Assembly (NCBI GenBank): GCA_024407725.1
Contig: JAKSVZ010000003.1
Coordinates: 43,557 to 75,556 of the forward strand
Source of the DNA: Opitutales bacterium
GTDB taxonomy: Bacteria; Verrucomicrobiota; Verrucomicrobiia; Opitutales; UBA9783
Length of the DNA: 32,000 nucleotides
Reading direction: 5' to 3'
The notes under the pieces were generated by a model. The model saw only the letters and a program-made list of their open reading frames with translations, did not search any database and had not been told where the DNA came from. Made by a program: the position numbers and the translations under genes. Of the stretch, positions 17,434 to 29,265 are shown piece after piece (positions within the stretch are counted from its first letter, which is position 1; the number at the start of each line of letters is the position of its first letter).

Positions 17434-17832
17434 TTATTGTGCTTTTAGGCGTTCAATGAAAAAGTGCGGCGGTTGGATCAACTTATGGTCTTTGTTTAAA
17501 AACACATGAACCGTAAACCCTTGAGTTAAGACGGTTGTGTCGCGCTTAATCAGGTAATTTAAGGTGAAACGTACGTGTCCCAAATCAGTAGGGGGGGTTA
17601 ATTCAATCCGAAGCTCATCATCAAAAAACGCTGGGGATTTATAGGTTAAATCGGCTTGTACAACGGGTATGGAAAATCCTTCGCGCTCCATGACCTTGTA
17701 GTCCAAATCGAGAGACCTTAGCCATTCAATACGAGCCATTTCCAGCCAAACGAAGTAGCGGCTATGATGAACAATACCCATGGCATCGGTTTCGGCGTAA
17801 CGTACGCGTAGGGTTGTTTCAAAAGCCCTCAT
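17434..17832 (-). CDS. Acyl-CoA thioesterase, YbgC/4HBT hot-dog fold family
   Basis: RVRYAETDAMGIVHHSRYFVWLEMARIEWL is the YbgC-type catalytic Asp region. The ATG at 17832 is preceded by GAGG and lies 9 nt after the atpC stop. The track start at 17838 is TTG. Confidence 0.85.
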   Translation of the reverse strand: MRAFETTLRVRYAETDAMGIVHHSRYFVWLEMARIEWLRSLDLDYKVMEREGFSIPVVQADLTYKSPAFFDDELRIELTPPTDLGHVRFTLNYLIKRDTTVLTQGFTVHVFLNKDHKLIQPPHFFIERLKAQ

Positions 17833-17841
17833 CAACAACCT

Positions 17842-18258
17842 CTAATGTTTGATAGTTTTGGTTAATTTTTGCGCGACTTGGAAACGCAAAATCTTATCTA
17901 AACGATCCAATTCTTCTTCATCCAACTGACGTTCAGTTTTTGCTTTTTCCAGCGCTTCTTTGGCCCGTTTAACCGCTTCGTCAATCGCCCCTTCATCCAT
18001 GCTGTTTACATCAATAGCAGCTTCGGTTAAAACCACTAAGTCCGATCCCAGCAGTTTGAAAAAACCAGTGTCGATAGCAATGGAGGTTGTGGATTGTGCG
18101 CTGCGATAGGTTAACGTTCCAGCCTCAATAATGCCGATAATCGGTAAGTGGCCATCTAAAATCTCAATTTCCCCCAAAGCGGTTGGCAACGTAACCGATG
18201 TCACTTGTACATCCATTACCAAACGCTCAGGAGTGATGATTTTTAGACTAAACGCCAT
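17842..18258 (-). CDS. atpC: F-type ATPase epsilon subunit
   Basis: It is last in the atp operon order. It has a beta-sandwich N-terminus (ITPERLV...) and a helical C-terminus at 138 aa. Confidence 0.9.
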   Translation of the reverse strand: MAFSLKIITPERLVMDVQVTSVTLPTALGEIEILDGHLPIIGIIEAGTLTYRSAQSTTSIAIDTGFFKLLGSDLVVLTEAAIDVNSMDEGAIDEAVKRAKEALEKAKTERQLDEEELDRLDKILRFQVAQKLTKTIKH

Positions 18259-18264
18259 AGGTTT

Positions 18265-20579
<2,315 letters not shown>

Positions 20580-20583
20580 ATGC

Positions 20584-22128
20584 TTAGGCCTGCTTTAAAT
20601 TTTGGGCACCCCATTCTTTGAAAATACTTTCCATCTGTTGTTCTAAGGATTCCGATAAAACCTTTTCGCGCCGTAATTGAGCCAAAAAGTCTTTCTTAAG
20701 ATCCATGACATAATCGGTTAACGATTTTAGGATGGTAGGCATATCGGTTAAGGAAACGGCATCAAAAAATCCCTTTTGCATGCCCCACAAGAGCACTACC
20801 TGCAATTCTGCTGGTCGCGAAACATGGGCGCCTTGCTTGATGAGCTCCAAAATATGCTGTCCGCGCGTTAATTGTTGGCGGGTTTTTGCATCCATATCCG
20901 AACCGAACTGCGTAAAGGCTTGGAGTTCTTGATACTGTGCCATATCGAGTTTTAACTGACCCGCAACCTTCTTTAGGGCTTTAATTTGAGCAGCAGACCC
21001 TACGCGCGAAACGGAAATTCCGACCGAAATAGCTGGGCGTAAGCCTTGATTGAACAGATCGGTTTCCAGAAACAGCTGTCCGTCGGTGATGGAAATAACA
21101 TTGGTTGGAATGTAAGCGGATACATCGCCTGCTTGGGTTTCAATGATAGGCAAAGCGGTTAAGGAACCACCGCCGTAATTGGAATTGAGGCGCGCTGAGC
21201 GTTCCAACAAGCGTGAATGAAGGTAGAATACATCTCCTGGGTACGCTTCACGACCCGAAGGACGCTTTAACACCAATGAAATTTGTCGGTAGGCAGCTGC
21301 ATGTTTCGATAGATCGTCGTAAACAATCAACGCATCCATGCCGTTTTGCATAAAATATTCGCCCATAGCTGTACCCGCATAAGGCGCAATGTACTGATTG
21401 GTTGCGTTTGCAGAGGCAGGAGCGGCTACCACAATCGTATATTCCAATGCACCCTGATCTTCTAAAAGCTTTAAGGTACGCGCTAAGGTTGCATTTTTCT
21501 GACCAATACACACGTAAATAGAGTAAACTGGGCGAAAATCAGGGTTGTTATCTGCAAGCCCTTGGCGGTTTAACTCTGCTTGGTGAAGAATGGCATCGAG
21601 CGCCAACGTAGTTTTACCGGTTGAGCGATCCCCAATGATCAACTCACGCTGTCCACGGCCGATAGGGAACATGGCGTCGACTGATAAAATACCCGTTTGT
21701 AAGGGTTGATCAACCGATTTACGGGTAATAATTCCAGGAGCAATTTTTTCAACGGGGTAATAGGTTTTAGTTGCTAAATCGCCTTTGCCGTCGATCGGAT
21801 GACCTAACGCATCAACCACGCGCCCTAGTAATTCTTTACCTACTGGAACGGACAATAAGTGTCCGGTGGTTTTGCAGGAATCTCCTACCTTTAGTTGGCT
21901 ATAATCACCAATTAAAATGGTTCGTACTTCATCTTCTTCCAAGTTCAAAGCAATGCCGTAAACGGAATTAGGAAATTCCACCATTTCGTTGTACATGACA
22001 TCGGATAGACCCGAGATCTTTGCAACTCCATCGGCTAACTCTTCAATCTTGCCGACGTTGGTGCGAATAGCCTTGGGTTGGAAAGAGCTGATCGCTGCTT
22101 TAATATCTGTATAAATGCTCGTTGTCAT
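20584..22128 (-). CDS. atpA: F-type ATPase alpha subunit
   Basis: It has the Walker A motif GDRSTGKT, is 514 aa, and shows alpha-type conserved blocks throughout. Confidence 0.98.
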   Translation of the reverse strand: MTTSIYTDIKAAISSFQPKAIRTNVGKIEELADGVAKISGLSDVMYNEMVEFPNSVYGIALNLEEDEVRTILIGDYSQLKVGDSCKTTGHLLSVPVGKELLGRVVDALGHPIDGKGDLATKTYYPVEKIAPGIITRKSVDQPLQTGILSVDAMFPIGRGQRELIIGDRSTGKTTLALDAILHQAELNRQGLADNNPDFRPVYSIYVCIGQKNATLARTLKLLEDQGALEYTIVVAAPASANATNQYIAPYAGTAMGEYFMQNGMDALIVYDDLSKHAAAYRQISLVLKRPSGREAYPGDVFYLHSRLLERSARLNSNYGGGSLTALPIIETQAGDVSAYIPTNVISITDGQLFLETDLFNQGLRPAISVGISVSRVGSAAQIKALKKVAGQLKLDMAQYQELQAFTQFGSDMDAKTRQQLTRGQHILELIKQGAHVSRPAELQVVLLWGMQKGFFDAVSLTDMPTILKSLTDYVMDLKKDFLAQLRREKVLSESLEQQMESIFKEWGAQNLKQA

Positions 22129-22515
22129 CTAAGATAAATGTTGTTTGATGTTTTCTAATTGTCCTTTTAACGAGACGTCCCAACGGTTATCGCCGATTTG
22201 GAAGCGAAAGCCCCCTAATAATTCAGGATTTTCTTCTGCTACCCATTGGGTGTTTTTGTCGCTGAGCGCTTGGGCTTTGATTTGTTCCAACAATTCGCTT
22301 TGTAATTGATGGGCATACTCCAAGACAGCATAGCGATTTTTGTATTCTTTCAGGAGACAAAAGCCATAGTATTCCAAAAAGCATTTAGCATCGCGCGGAT
22401 AGCTATGAATGAGGAAGTCGACAACCTCTTTAATGCGTGCTTGCAAAGAGGATTCCTGCCCCTCAAAGGTGATACGGGCAAGCGTTTGGATCAATGCTTT
22501 ATGCTTGCGTTCCAT
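22129..22515 (-). CDS. atpH: F-type ATPase delta (OSCP) subunit, unusually short
   Basis: The C-terminal LLGGFRFQIGDNRWDVSLKGQLENIKQ matches the OSCP C-terminal domain. It is only 128 aa, against about 180 typically. The start overlaps atpF by 17 nt, and its TAG stop directly abuts the atpA ATG. Confidence 0.8.
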   Translation of the reverse strand: MERKHKALIQTLARITFEGQESSLQARIKEVVDFLIHSYPRDAKCFLEYYGFCLLKEYKNRYAVLEYAHQLQSELLEQIKAQALSDKNTQWVAEENPELLGGFRFQIGDNRWDVSLKGQLENIKQHLS

Positions 22516-23068
22516 GATCTTCCTTTTCCGCTAATAGCGTTGCTGCTTTTTGGTTAAGCTTTTGGCGCATATCATCTGTTAGGATGGAACTCAAAAGCTT
22601 TTCGGTTGCCGCTACTGCTAGGCTGGCCGTTTCATGCCGTACCTCGGATAGTAATTGGGCACGTTCCGTAACCAATGCGTTTTGGGATTGTTCTAACAAC
22701 CGAGCCATCTTTGCTTCCGTTGCCTTCGTCTGTTCGCTCGTATACAGTTCACAATCAGCTTTGGTTTTGGCCAATAGTGCTTGTGCTTCCTTTTGAGCTT
22801 TGGCTAACGTATTGAGGCGCTCTTGCTCCGCTGATGCCAATTGGGCTTTCATGTCCTCTGTGTACTTTAGCCCTTCGGCAATCTTGCTTTTGCGTTCCTC
22901 AACGGTTTTGAGAACAGGCTTGATAGCGAAGCGATAAAGGAGGTAGGAGACCAAACAAAAGTTGATCATCTGTGCCACCAACAATTCAGTTTGTACTCCA
23001 AACGAATTGGCAAGGCGCACAACCGCATTGTCAGGCGTTCCTGCTACGGCCAAAACTCCAAGAATCAT
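22499..23068 (-). CDS. atpF: F-type ATPase b subunit
   Basis: It has a single N-terminal TM segment followed by a long charged coiled-coil (KPVLKTVEERKSKIAEGL...). Its operon position also fits. Confidence 0.88.
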   Translation of the reverse strand: MILGVLAVAGTPDNAVVRLANSFGVQTELLVAQMINFCLVSYLLYRFAIKPVLKTVEERKSKIAEGLKYTEDMKAQLASAEQERLNTLAKAQKEAQALLAKTKADCELYTSEQTKATEAKMARLLEQSQNALVTERAQLLSEVRHETASLAVAATEKLLSSILTDDMRQKLNQKAATLLAEKEDHGTQA

Positions 23069-23074
23069 AAAGTA

Positions 23075-23284
23075 TTACCCTTGGTATAAGAAGAGCGAAT
23101 AAGACGCTACTGCTTGCGCGGAAGCCGTACCTGAATTGGCCTGGACCAAGATTATAGCAGAAGCGCTTGGGTTACGACCTACCTTTTCGACTGCTTTCAT
23201 TCCGATTAGGCTAACACCAATAGCTGCTGCTAAGCAACCCAATGAGGAGGTTAATCCTCGTGCGATATCTCCAACAATATTCAT
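23075..23284 (-). CDS. atpE: F-type ATPase c subunit homolog lacking the conserved ion-binding carboxylate
   Basis: It is a 69-aa two-helix hairpin with loop VEKVGRNP and lies between atpB and atpF. The position 18 residues after R-N-P, where Glu/Asp is expected, is Q57 (CAA; plus-strand ttg at 23114-23116). Confidence 0.85.
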   Translation of the reverse strand: MNIVGDIARGLTSSLGCLAAAIGVSLIGMKAVEKVGRNPSASAIILVQANSGTASAQAVASYSLFLYQG

Positions 23285-23330
23285 GTTTTTATCTTTTTTT
23301 AAATGTTTTGTACGACTTCAATGAACCTCA

Positions 23331-24173
23331 TTACTCATGAGCTTCTTCATGGTTGCATATGCTACCAATATAGACTGCTACGAGTAAAGTAAAAACGAAC
23401 GCTTGGACAGCGCCAATTAAAATTTCGAGGAAATAGAAGGGAATGGGCACTAGGAATTTTGCCCATGGAGCTAAAGCCATGATGTTGTTGATGAGGTTTT
23501 CGCCCCCAAACACATTACCGTACAAACGAAAGGATAAGGAAATCAAGCGGAACAGGATCGAAATACATTCGATAAATCCAACTGCTAAGAAGATGAAGAA
23601 TAAAAAGGTGTAAATACCAAAAGATAATTCTGATCGATCCGCCTTATTTCCAAAGATATGCAGGAGCGTTCCCTTAAGCCCTTCGTTTTTGATGACGAAG
23701 TATCCCCAAGCGAGCATGGAGATAGCCGCTAACGCCAAAGTTGCGTTAAGGTCGGCGTTGGATGGACGGAAAAAGTAAGTAAAATGATTTCCTTGATAGA
23801 AACCAATAGTACCCACTCCCGGCAACAAACTGCTCCAATTTTGTATTAAAATGTAGATGAAAAACCCAATTAACAAAGGAAATGCTTGCCCCATAACGCG
23901 CTTGCCAACAATGGGTTCTACCAGCGAATAAATGCTCTCAATAATGCCTTCAATCACCAATTGGCGTTTGTTGGGTACCATCTGCGGCTTTTTGATCAAC
24001 AAGCGCATCAGGATAATGATGGCTGCTGAAATAATCCATGTGTACAGCATCCCATTGGTAATGGGAAAATGCCCAATGTGATAAAGGACGTAGGGTTTGG
24101 GGCTTACTGCAACGCCTGCATACGCGTTACCGCTGAGTAAGCAAGCTAAAATGATAATTCCCCATTTGTACAT
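23331..24173 (-). CDS. atpB: F-type ATPase a subunit
   Basis: It has LSFRLYGNVFGGENL, which contains the essential Arg, and the helix-5 motif IGAVQAFVFTLLVAVYI. Confidence 0.93.
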   Translation of the reverse strand: MYKWGIIILACLLSGNAYAGVAVSPKPYVLYHIGHFPITNGMLYTWIISAAIIILMRLLIKKPQMVPNKRQLVIEGIIESIYSLVEPIVGKRVMGQAFPLLIGFFIYILIQNWSSLLPGVGTIGFYQGNHFTYFFRPSNADLNATLALAAISMLAWGYFVIKNEGLKGTLLHIFGNKADRSELSFGIYTFLFFIFLAVGFIECISILFRLISLSFRLYGNVFGGENLINNIMALAPWAKFLVPIPFYFLEILIGAVQAFVFTLLVAVYIGSICNHEEAHE

Positions 24174-24207
24174 GTCCGCTTTATCTTATCGTTTTTTTAA
24201 ACGTTTT

Positions 24208-25095
24208 TCAATAGGTAATTTTTGATGCCTTAATGAACCGTTTTTTAGCCCAAAGTGTCCACAGGTAGATCACCAGTAAAACGCATAGGACGAACCAAGA
24301 ATGGGTTAAGCTTCCGTTGCCCCACCAAGAGGGTGGTTGGGGGAAAAAATAATACCATTGCCGCGATAATAAAAGGACAAACACAAGACCTTGGTGAAAT
24401 CCGATGCTTGCCCATAGCGTTTGGCATTGGGTGCGTAAATTGATTAATAGGCCGCTCAAAAGGAATAGGCATAGGAAATAAGTCAGTTGAAAGCCATGCA
24501 CAATGTTAACTAGGGAACTTTTGGCGCACAAAAAACTTTGAATCCACAAGGATGGATGTTCGCTGTCGGTGCACATGGAAAAGTGCATCAAGGCAAACAG
24601 GAGCGATAAGAATAGGGTGCTTAAGCCTACGGAATAGCGTGTGCGTAACGCGTCCCATAAGAATCCACGGAACATGATTTCTTCCAAGCATACTAAGAAG
24701 AAACTGCCGACAAAAGCCCCACCGAAGCGCAAATGTCCGTCGGGGTAATGGAATACAGGGGGAATAACGGCCATGATGATGGCAAATAGCACGCACCAAA
24801 GCAAGCAGCCGGCAACAAAGGTGCTTAGGTAGTATTTAAAGGTGCTGCGTAAGTGCCAATTGCCCCAAAAATGGTTGGATTTGGATAGCCAGAGAACCGT
24901 TGCAAAGAAGCTGACCATGCGTATGCGATCGAGGTATTGCGATAAAGGTTTTGTGGCTAAATGATGGAGGGCTTTTAGCGAACACGCATGATCGATGAGC
25001 TGTACGCATTGATGAAGGAGGGGGGTTAAGATGGCTGCTCCCAAAAGGACGCACAGATATAATCCGATAAGCCAAATTAAGCTGAATTTTCTCAT
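24208..25095 (-). CDS. CPBP-family (CAAX/Abi-like) intramembrane glutamic endopeptidase
   Basis: It is a polytopic membrane protein with the motifs EEIMFRGFLWD (EExxxR) and FALMHF. It lies 34 nt upstream of atpB, in the position usually held by atpI. Confidence 0.75.
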   Translation of the reverse strand: MRKFSLIWLIGLYLCVLLGAAILTPLLHQCVQLIDHACSLKALHHLATKPLSQYLDRIRMVSFFATVLWLSKSNHFWGNWHLRSTFKYYLSTFVAGCLLWCVLFAIIMAVIPPVFHYPDGHLRFGGAFVGSFFLVCLEEIMFRGFLWDALRTRYSVGLSTLFLSLLFALMHFSMCTDSEHPSLWIQSFLCAKSSLVNIVHGFQLTYFLCLFLLSGLLINLRTQCQTLWASIGFHQGLVFVLLLSRQWYYFFPQPPSWWGNGSLTHSWFVLCVLLVIYLWTLWAKKRFIKASKITY

Positions 25096-25102
25096 GAAAA
25101 CA

Positions 25103-25179
25103 TGGTGGGAAGTACTGGATTCGAACCAGTGACCCCTAGCGTGTCATGCTAGTGCTCTAACCAACTGAGCTAACTCCCC
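25103..25179 (-). tRNA. tRNA-Val (anticodon GAC), CCA encoded
   Basis: I folded the cloverleaf by hand. The minus strand reads GGGGAGT-TA-GCTC-AGTTGGTTA-GAGC-A-CTAGC-AT[GAC]AC-GCTAG-GGGTC-ACTGG-TTCGAAT-CCAGT-ACTTCCC-A-CCA. The acceptor stem is 7 bp with one G.U pair. The T-loop is the canonical TTCGAAT. Confidence 0.93.
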
Positions 25180-25274
25180 GATGGTAAGCTTACAATGAAG
25201 CGTTGACTTGGGTTAAGCAAGCAAAAACGTATCCTTAAGCTTGTGGGGCTGTTTTTAGCCGGTATTTAAGCGAT

Positions 25275-26543
25275 TTATAGAATGGTGTTATCCGGTATAA
25301 TGCCATTTTTTTCGATGCACAAAATACCGTCTTGAATATGAATAGAGCCTTGATGAAAGCCATTTGGTTTCCCTTCGGGCGACAAGCGTACGTTGTTGCC
25401 AATGCGTACATTGCGATCCAAAATAGCATTGCGAATGTAGCAGTTCTCCCCAATGCCAATCAGCGGTGCGTTGGTTGGGTTTTCGATAGGCTCATAGTGG
25501 TCTGCTCCCATCATGTAGACGTTCTCCAATTGGCTGTTGCTGCGAATGATGGAACGGATTCCGATGACCGACCGATTGAGTTGAGCGTTGGTGATAATGC
25601 ATCCTTCGGCTACGATGGAATGGTCGACCGAGCAACTGTTCAACTTTGAGGCAGCTAGGTTGCGCGGTTTCGAGTAAATAGGAGCCCATTCATTGTAAAA
25701 ATCGAACATGGGCAGGGGGTCAGTGAGCATCAAATTGGCTTCAAAAAAAGCTCCAATGGTTCCAATATCTGCCCAGTAATCATCAAATAGATAACCGGAT
25801 AATCGGTACTTACCTAATGCGTGCGGTACGATATCCTTGCCAAAATCATGGTCTTCAGAATTTAAACATTCTTTGAGCACCTTGGCTTTAAAGGCATAGA
25901 TTCCCATGGACGCCATGCAGTAGGGTTGATCGCTGCTATCCTTTAGTTGGTTGCGTAACGAGGGGGGTAAAAATAATGTTTTAAGAACTGCTTTGTCCTG
26001 CGGTTTTTCAACAAAGCGTTTAATTTGATGATCTTCGGTTATTTCCATCAAACCAAATTGATGAGCCTGTGTAGCGGGCATAGCTTTAGCCGCAATGGTA
26101 ATATCTGCTTGGCTTTGCAGATGGTGGCGAACGAAGGCATGAAGATCCATGCGGTACAGTTGGTCGCCAGATAAAATGAGAACCACCTCATCATCGGCCC
26201 ATTGAATATGGATTAAGTTCTGACGTACGGCATCGGCGGTTCCACGGTACCAATCGTCGTTCACATTGGTTTGTTCGGCGGATAACACTTCTACAAATCC
26301 ACCGGAAAAATAATCGAAGCGGTAGCTTTCTTGAATGTGACGATGCAGCGATTCCGTGTTGAATTGGGTCAACAAGTAAATTTGATTGTAACCGGCGTGT
26401 AAACAGTTACTAATAGGGATATCAACCAATCGGTATTTCCCTCCCAAGGGTACGGCAGGTTTACAGCGTACTTGGGTTAAGGGAGCCAAACGGGATCCGC
26501 GTCCTCCGCCTAAGATAATACAGCAAACGCGTGTAGGATTCAT
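25275..26543 (-). CDS. glgC: Glucose-1-phosphate adenylyltransferase
   Basis: ILGGGRGSRLAPLTQVRCKPAVPLGGKYRLVDIPISNC is the GlgC signature, and the C-terminus has a left-handed beta-helix. The track start at 26579 is TTG, so I prefer the ATG at 26543 (MNPTRV). Confidence 0.93.
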   Translation of the reverse strand: MNPTRVCCIILGGGRGSRLAPLTQVRCKPAVPLGGKYRLVDIPISNCLHAGYNQIYLLTQFNTESLHRHIQESYRFDYFSGGFVEVLSAEQTNVNDDWYRGTADAVRQNLIHIQWADDEVVLILSGDQLYRMDLHAFVRHHLQSQADITIAAKAMPATQAHQFGLMEITEDHQIKRFVEKPQDKAVLKTLFLPPSLRNQLKDSSDQPYCMASMGIYAFKAKVLKECLNSEDHDFGKDIVPHALGKYRLSGYLFDDYWADIGTIGAFFEANLMLTDPLPMFDFYNEWAPIYSKPRNLAASKLNSCSVDHSIVAEGCIITNAQLNRSVIGIRSIIRSNSQLENVYMMGADHYEPIENPTNAPLIGIGENCYIRNAILDRNVRIGNNVRLSPEGKPNGFHQGSIHIQDGILCIEKNGIIPDNTIL

Positions 26544-26606
26544 GATGCTTGAGGGGATAAATACTGCTTGACGAACCAATGGGTTATCATACGTTTCTTA
26601 ATATCC

Positions 26607-28466
26607 ATGTGCGGTATTATTAGTTATATCGGAAAACAGGATGCCTTGCAAATTCTTATTAAGGGCCTGAAGTGCGTTGAATATCGCGGTTACGATTCAG
26701 CAGGGATTGCGATTGGCGATGAACAGCATCCCTTCCGGATTGAACGTTCGGTTGGGTACATTGAAGATTTAATCAAGCATGTGAGCCCTTTAGGATTAAA
26801 GGGGCATGTGGGTATTGGCCATACGCGTTGGGCTACCCACGGAGGCATTTTTGAAAAGAATGCCCATCCGCACGTCAGCAACGATAAGAAGTTTATCCTT
26901 GTCCACAATGGGGTAATTGAAAACTATGCTGCGTTAAAAGCCACTTTGTTAAAAGAAGGGTTTAAGTTCTACAGCGATACGGATACGGAAGTATTGGTTA
27001 ACCTGATAGCCCAGTATTATCAACAATTGGATCAATTACCTACGTCTCAACGCTTTGAGGAAAGCGTACGTAAAAGCTTGGCGGAAGTTCAAGGTACGTA
27101 TGGAATCGTGGTCATTTGTACGGATTGTCCGAATGAATTGATTGGGGTGCGTAAGAGCTCGCCGTTGGTTTTGGGAATCAATCCGGATGGTTTGTTTTTG
27201 GGCAGCGATGTAGGGGCTTTTTCGGGTCATATTGAAAATGTTGTTTACCTGTCGGATCATGAGATGGTGCATATCAAGGGCATGGATTATCAAATCACGG
27301 ATTTGATGAATGGCTCCGTAACGTCCCCATCGATTGAAACCATTGATCGTGAACAGAATACTGCCGATTTGGGCGATTTTCCAAACTATGCCAAAAAAGA
27401 GATTTTTGAACAAGGCACGGCGCTGGAAAACATGTATTTAGGGCGCTTTTCGTCCGATGGAAGCTCAGCGCATTTGGGTGGATTACAAATTACTCCTTAT
27501 GAATTGCGGCAGGTGGAACGTATTTTGTTGTTAGGCTGTGGATCTTCGCTTTATGCCTGTAAAATTGGTGCTTCGTTGATTGAAACCTACGCGCGTATTC
27601 CGGTTGATGTAGAGTATGCGTCGGAATTTTGTTACCGCAATGCTCCGTTAAATAAAAACACCTTGGTTTTTGTGGTCAGCCAATCCGGCGAAACCTTGGA
27701 TACCCTCAATGCGTTGCGCGAGGTAAAACGGAAAGGATTCCCGACCTTGGCGATTACCAATGTCGTAGGTTCGACCATTGCACGCGAAGCCGGTTGTGGT
27801 ATTTATTTGCATTTAGGAATGGAAGTTGGGGTCGCGGCTACCAAATCTTTTACCGGTCAAGTGGGTATGTTGGCGCTATTAGCTCTGTATTTAGGGCGTA
27901 TGCGCGATATGAGTTTTACCGATGGGCGTCAGTTCGTTCAGGCCCTGCAAAGCTTGCCCCAAAAGGTGAATGAGGTATTGGCCTTATGCGACAAACCGAT
28001 GCAAAAGCTCGCGAAAACCTATGTTGATTATCAGCATTGCTTTTTTATCGGCCGCCAATTGCTGTATCCGATTGCGATTGAGGGTGCGTTAAAGCTCAAG
28101 GAATTATCGTATATGCATGCAGAAGCTTATCCGGCTGGTGAGCTCAAGCATGGAGCGCTTGCGTTGATTGATCCATCCGTCCTAACCATTGTGTTGGCCA
28201 CCAACGAGGAAGTAATGGGTAAAAACATCAGTAATATGATGGAAATCAAGGCGCGGCACGGAAAGGTGATTGCCATTGGCCTTGAGGGTTGTGAAATTCC
28301 CAAAAAGGCTTACGACGAAGTGATCTATTTACCAAAAGTTTACGCAGCGTTGTTGCCCATTATTACGGTTTTGCCGCTGCAATTATTTGCGTATTATCTT
28401 GCGAGTGAACGGAACTGCAATGTAGATAAGCCGCGCAATTTAGCCAAATCGGTGACGGTTGAGTAG
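26607..28466 (+). CDS. glmS: Glutamine--fructose-6-phosphate aminotransferase
   Basis: The true start is M-CGI (ATG at 26607), giving the obligatory N-terminal Cys nucleophile. It has two SIS domains and the C-terminus KPRNLAKSVTVE. The track's 13-aa N-terminal extension is not credible. Confidence 0.96.
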   Translation: MCGIISYIGKQDALQILIKGLKCVEYRGYDSAGIAIGDEQHPFRIERSVGYIEDLIKHVSPLGLKGHVGIGHTRWATHGGIFEKNAHPHVSNDKKFILVHNGVIENYAALKATLLKEGFKFYSDTDTEVLVNLIAQYYQQLDQLPTSQRFEESVRKSLAEVQGTYGIVVICTDCPNELIGVRKSSPLVLGINPDGLFLGSDVGAFSGHIENVVYLSDHEMVHIKGMDYQITDLMNGSVTSPSIETIDREQNTADLGDFPNYAKKEIFEQGTALENMYLGRFSSDGSSAHLGGLQITPYELRQVERILLLGCGSSLYACKIGASLIETYARIPVDVEYASEFCYRNAPLNKNTLVFVVSQSGETLDTLNALREVKRKGFPTLAITNVVGSTIAREAGCGIYLHLGMEVGVAATKSFTGQVGMLALLALYLGRMRDMSFTDGRQFVQALQSLPQKVNEVLALCDKPMQKLAKTYVDYQHCFFIGRQLLYPIAIEGALKLKELSYMHAEAYPAGELKHGALALIDPSVLTIVLATNEEVMGKNISNMMEIKARHGKVIAIGLEGCEIPKKAYDEVIYLPKVYAALLPIITVLPLQLFAYYLASERNCNVDKPRNLAKSVTVE

Positions 28467-28484
28467 CTTTTTAGGGAGGATGAA

Positions 28485-29249
28485 ATGAATTCAGTACCCT
28501 TAGCAGAGATTGTTGGTTTTTTGGATACGACCCTACAAACCAAGGAGGTTGTTGATTTCCCGAATGCGTGTAATGGGCTGCAGTTGGCGAATCGTGGAAC
28601 CGTAACGCGCATTGCAGGAGCAGTGGATGCGAATATGCATAGCATACAAGCTGCGATTAAGAACGGAGCGGATTTGTTAGTGGTTCATCATGGTCTTACA
28701 TGGGGTGGGGTTCAAATCATCGTTGGTCCGTGGTATGATCTGTATTGTTCTGCAATTGAGGCGAATTTAGCTATTTATAGTGTGCATTTGCCGCTGGATG
28801 GTCATCCGCAGTACAGCCATAATGTTGGCATTGCTAAGGCGTTAGGTGTGTCGATTACGGGCAGCTTTGCTCCTTATCATGGCCATTCCTATGGAATTAT
28901 TTGTTCCGGCATGAAGCGGGATGAACTAGAGCAGCGTTTACAGAAGGTGTTTCCTAAGTCTTTGCGGCCTATTTGCTATGGTTCGGAAGCCCCAAAGGCG
29001 ATTGGTATTTTAAGCGGTAGTGGCGGACAAACGCTTTTCTTAGAAGCGTTGGTTGCAGCGGGTGTTGATACCTTGGTGACAGGCGAAGTGCATTATTCAG
29101 CCGTGAGTTTTGCGCAATTACATCATTTAAATTTATTTTGTTGTGGGCATTATGCAACGGAATCCTTTGGGGTTCACAGCTTGATGAATTTGTTGCACGA
29201 ACACACGCAGCTACCGTGTACCTTTCTTGAGGATTTTTCACCTTTTTAA
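28485..29249 (+). CDS. NIF3-family dinuclear metal-centre protein (YbgI/GTP cyclohydrolase 1 type 2 homolog)
   Basis: NGLQLANRGTVTRIAGAVDANMHSIQAAIKNGADLLVVHHGL and the C-terminal GHYATE are typical of NIF3. An SD (GGGAGGA) lies 7 nt upstream. Confidence 0.85.
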   Translation: MNSVPLAEIVGFLDTTLQTKEVVDFPNACNGLQLANRGTVTRIAGAVDANMHSIQAAIKNGADLLVVHHGLTWGGVQIIVGPWYDLYCSAIEANLAIYSVHLPLDGHPQYSHNVGIAKALGVSITGSFAPYHGHSYGIICSGMKRDELEQRLQKVFPKSLRPICYGSEAPKAIGILSGSGGQTLFLEALVAAGVDTLVTGEVHYSAVSFAQLHHLNLFCCGHYATESFGVHSLMNLLHEHTQLPCTFLEDFSPF

Positions 29250-29265
29250 TGATCAAAAGCATTGA

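Noticed and set aside
25103-25179. tRNA-Val as the integration site of a genomic island carrying the CPBP gene, the atp operon and NTT. The F-ATPase could be horizontally acquired.
   Set aside because: I saw no integrase, no second copy of the tRNA 3' end as a direct repeat near 15.6-17.4 kb, and no obvious compositional break by eye. A proper k-mer or GC analysis and a repeat search would be needed.
26568-26606. N-terminal extensions in the ORF track that use TTG or GTG starts: glmS from 26568, glgC from 26579, NTT from 17389, the nucleotidyltransferase from 12361 and the thioesterase from 17838.
   Set aside because: GlmS must begin M-C(GI...) to expose the catalytic Cys, so its extension is not credible. 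The other extensions start at TTG just upstream of an ATG that gives the family-typical N-terminus. They are artefacts of taking the longest ORF.
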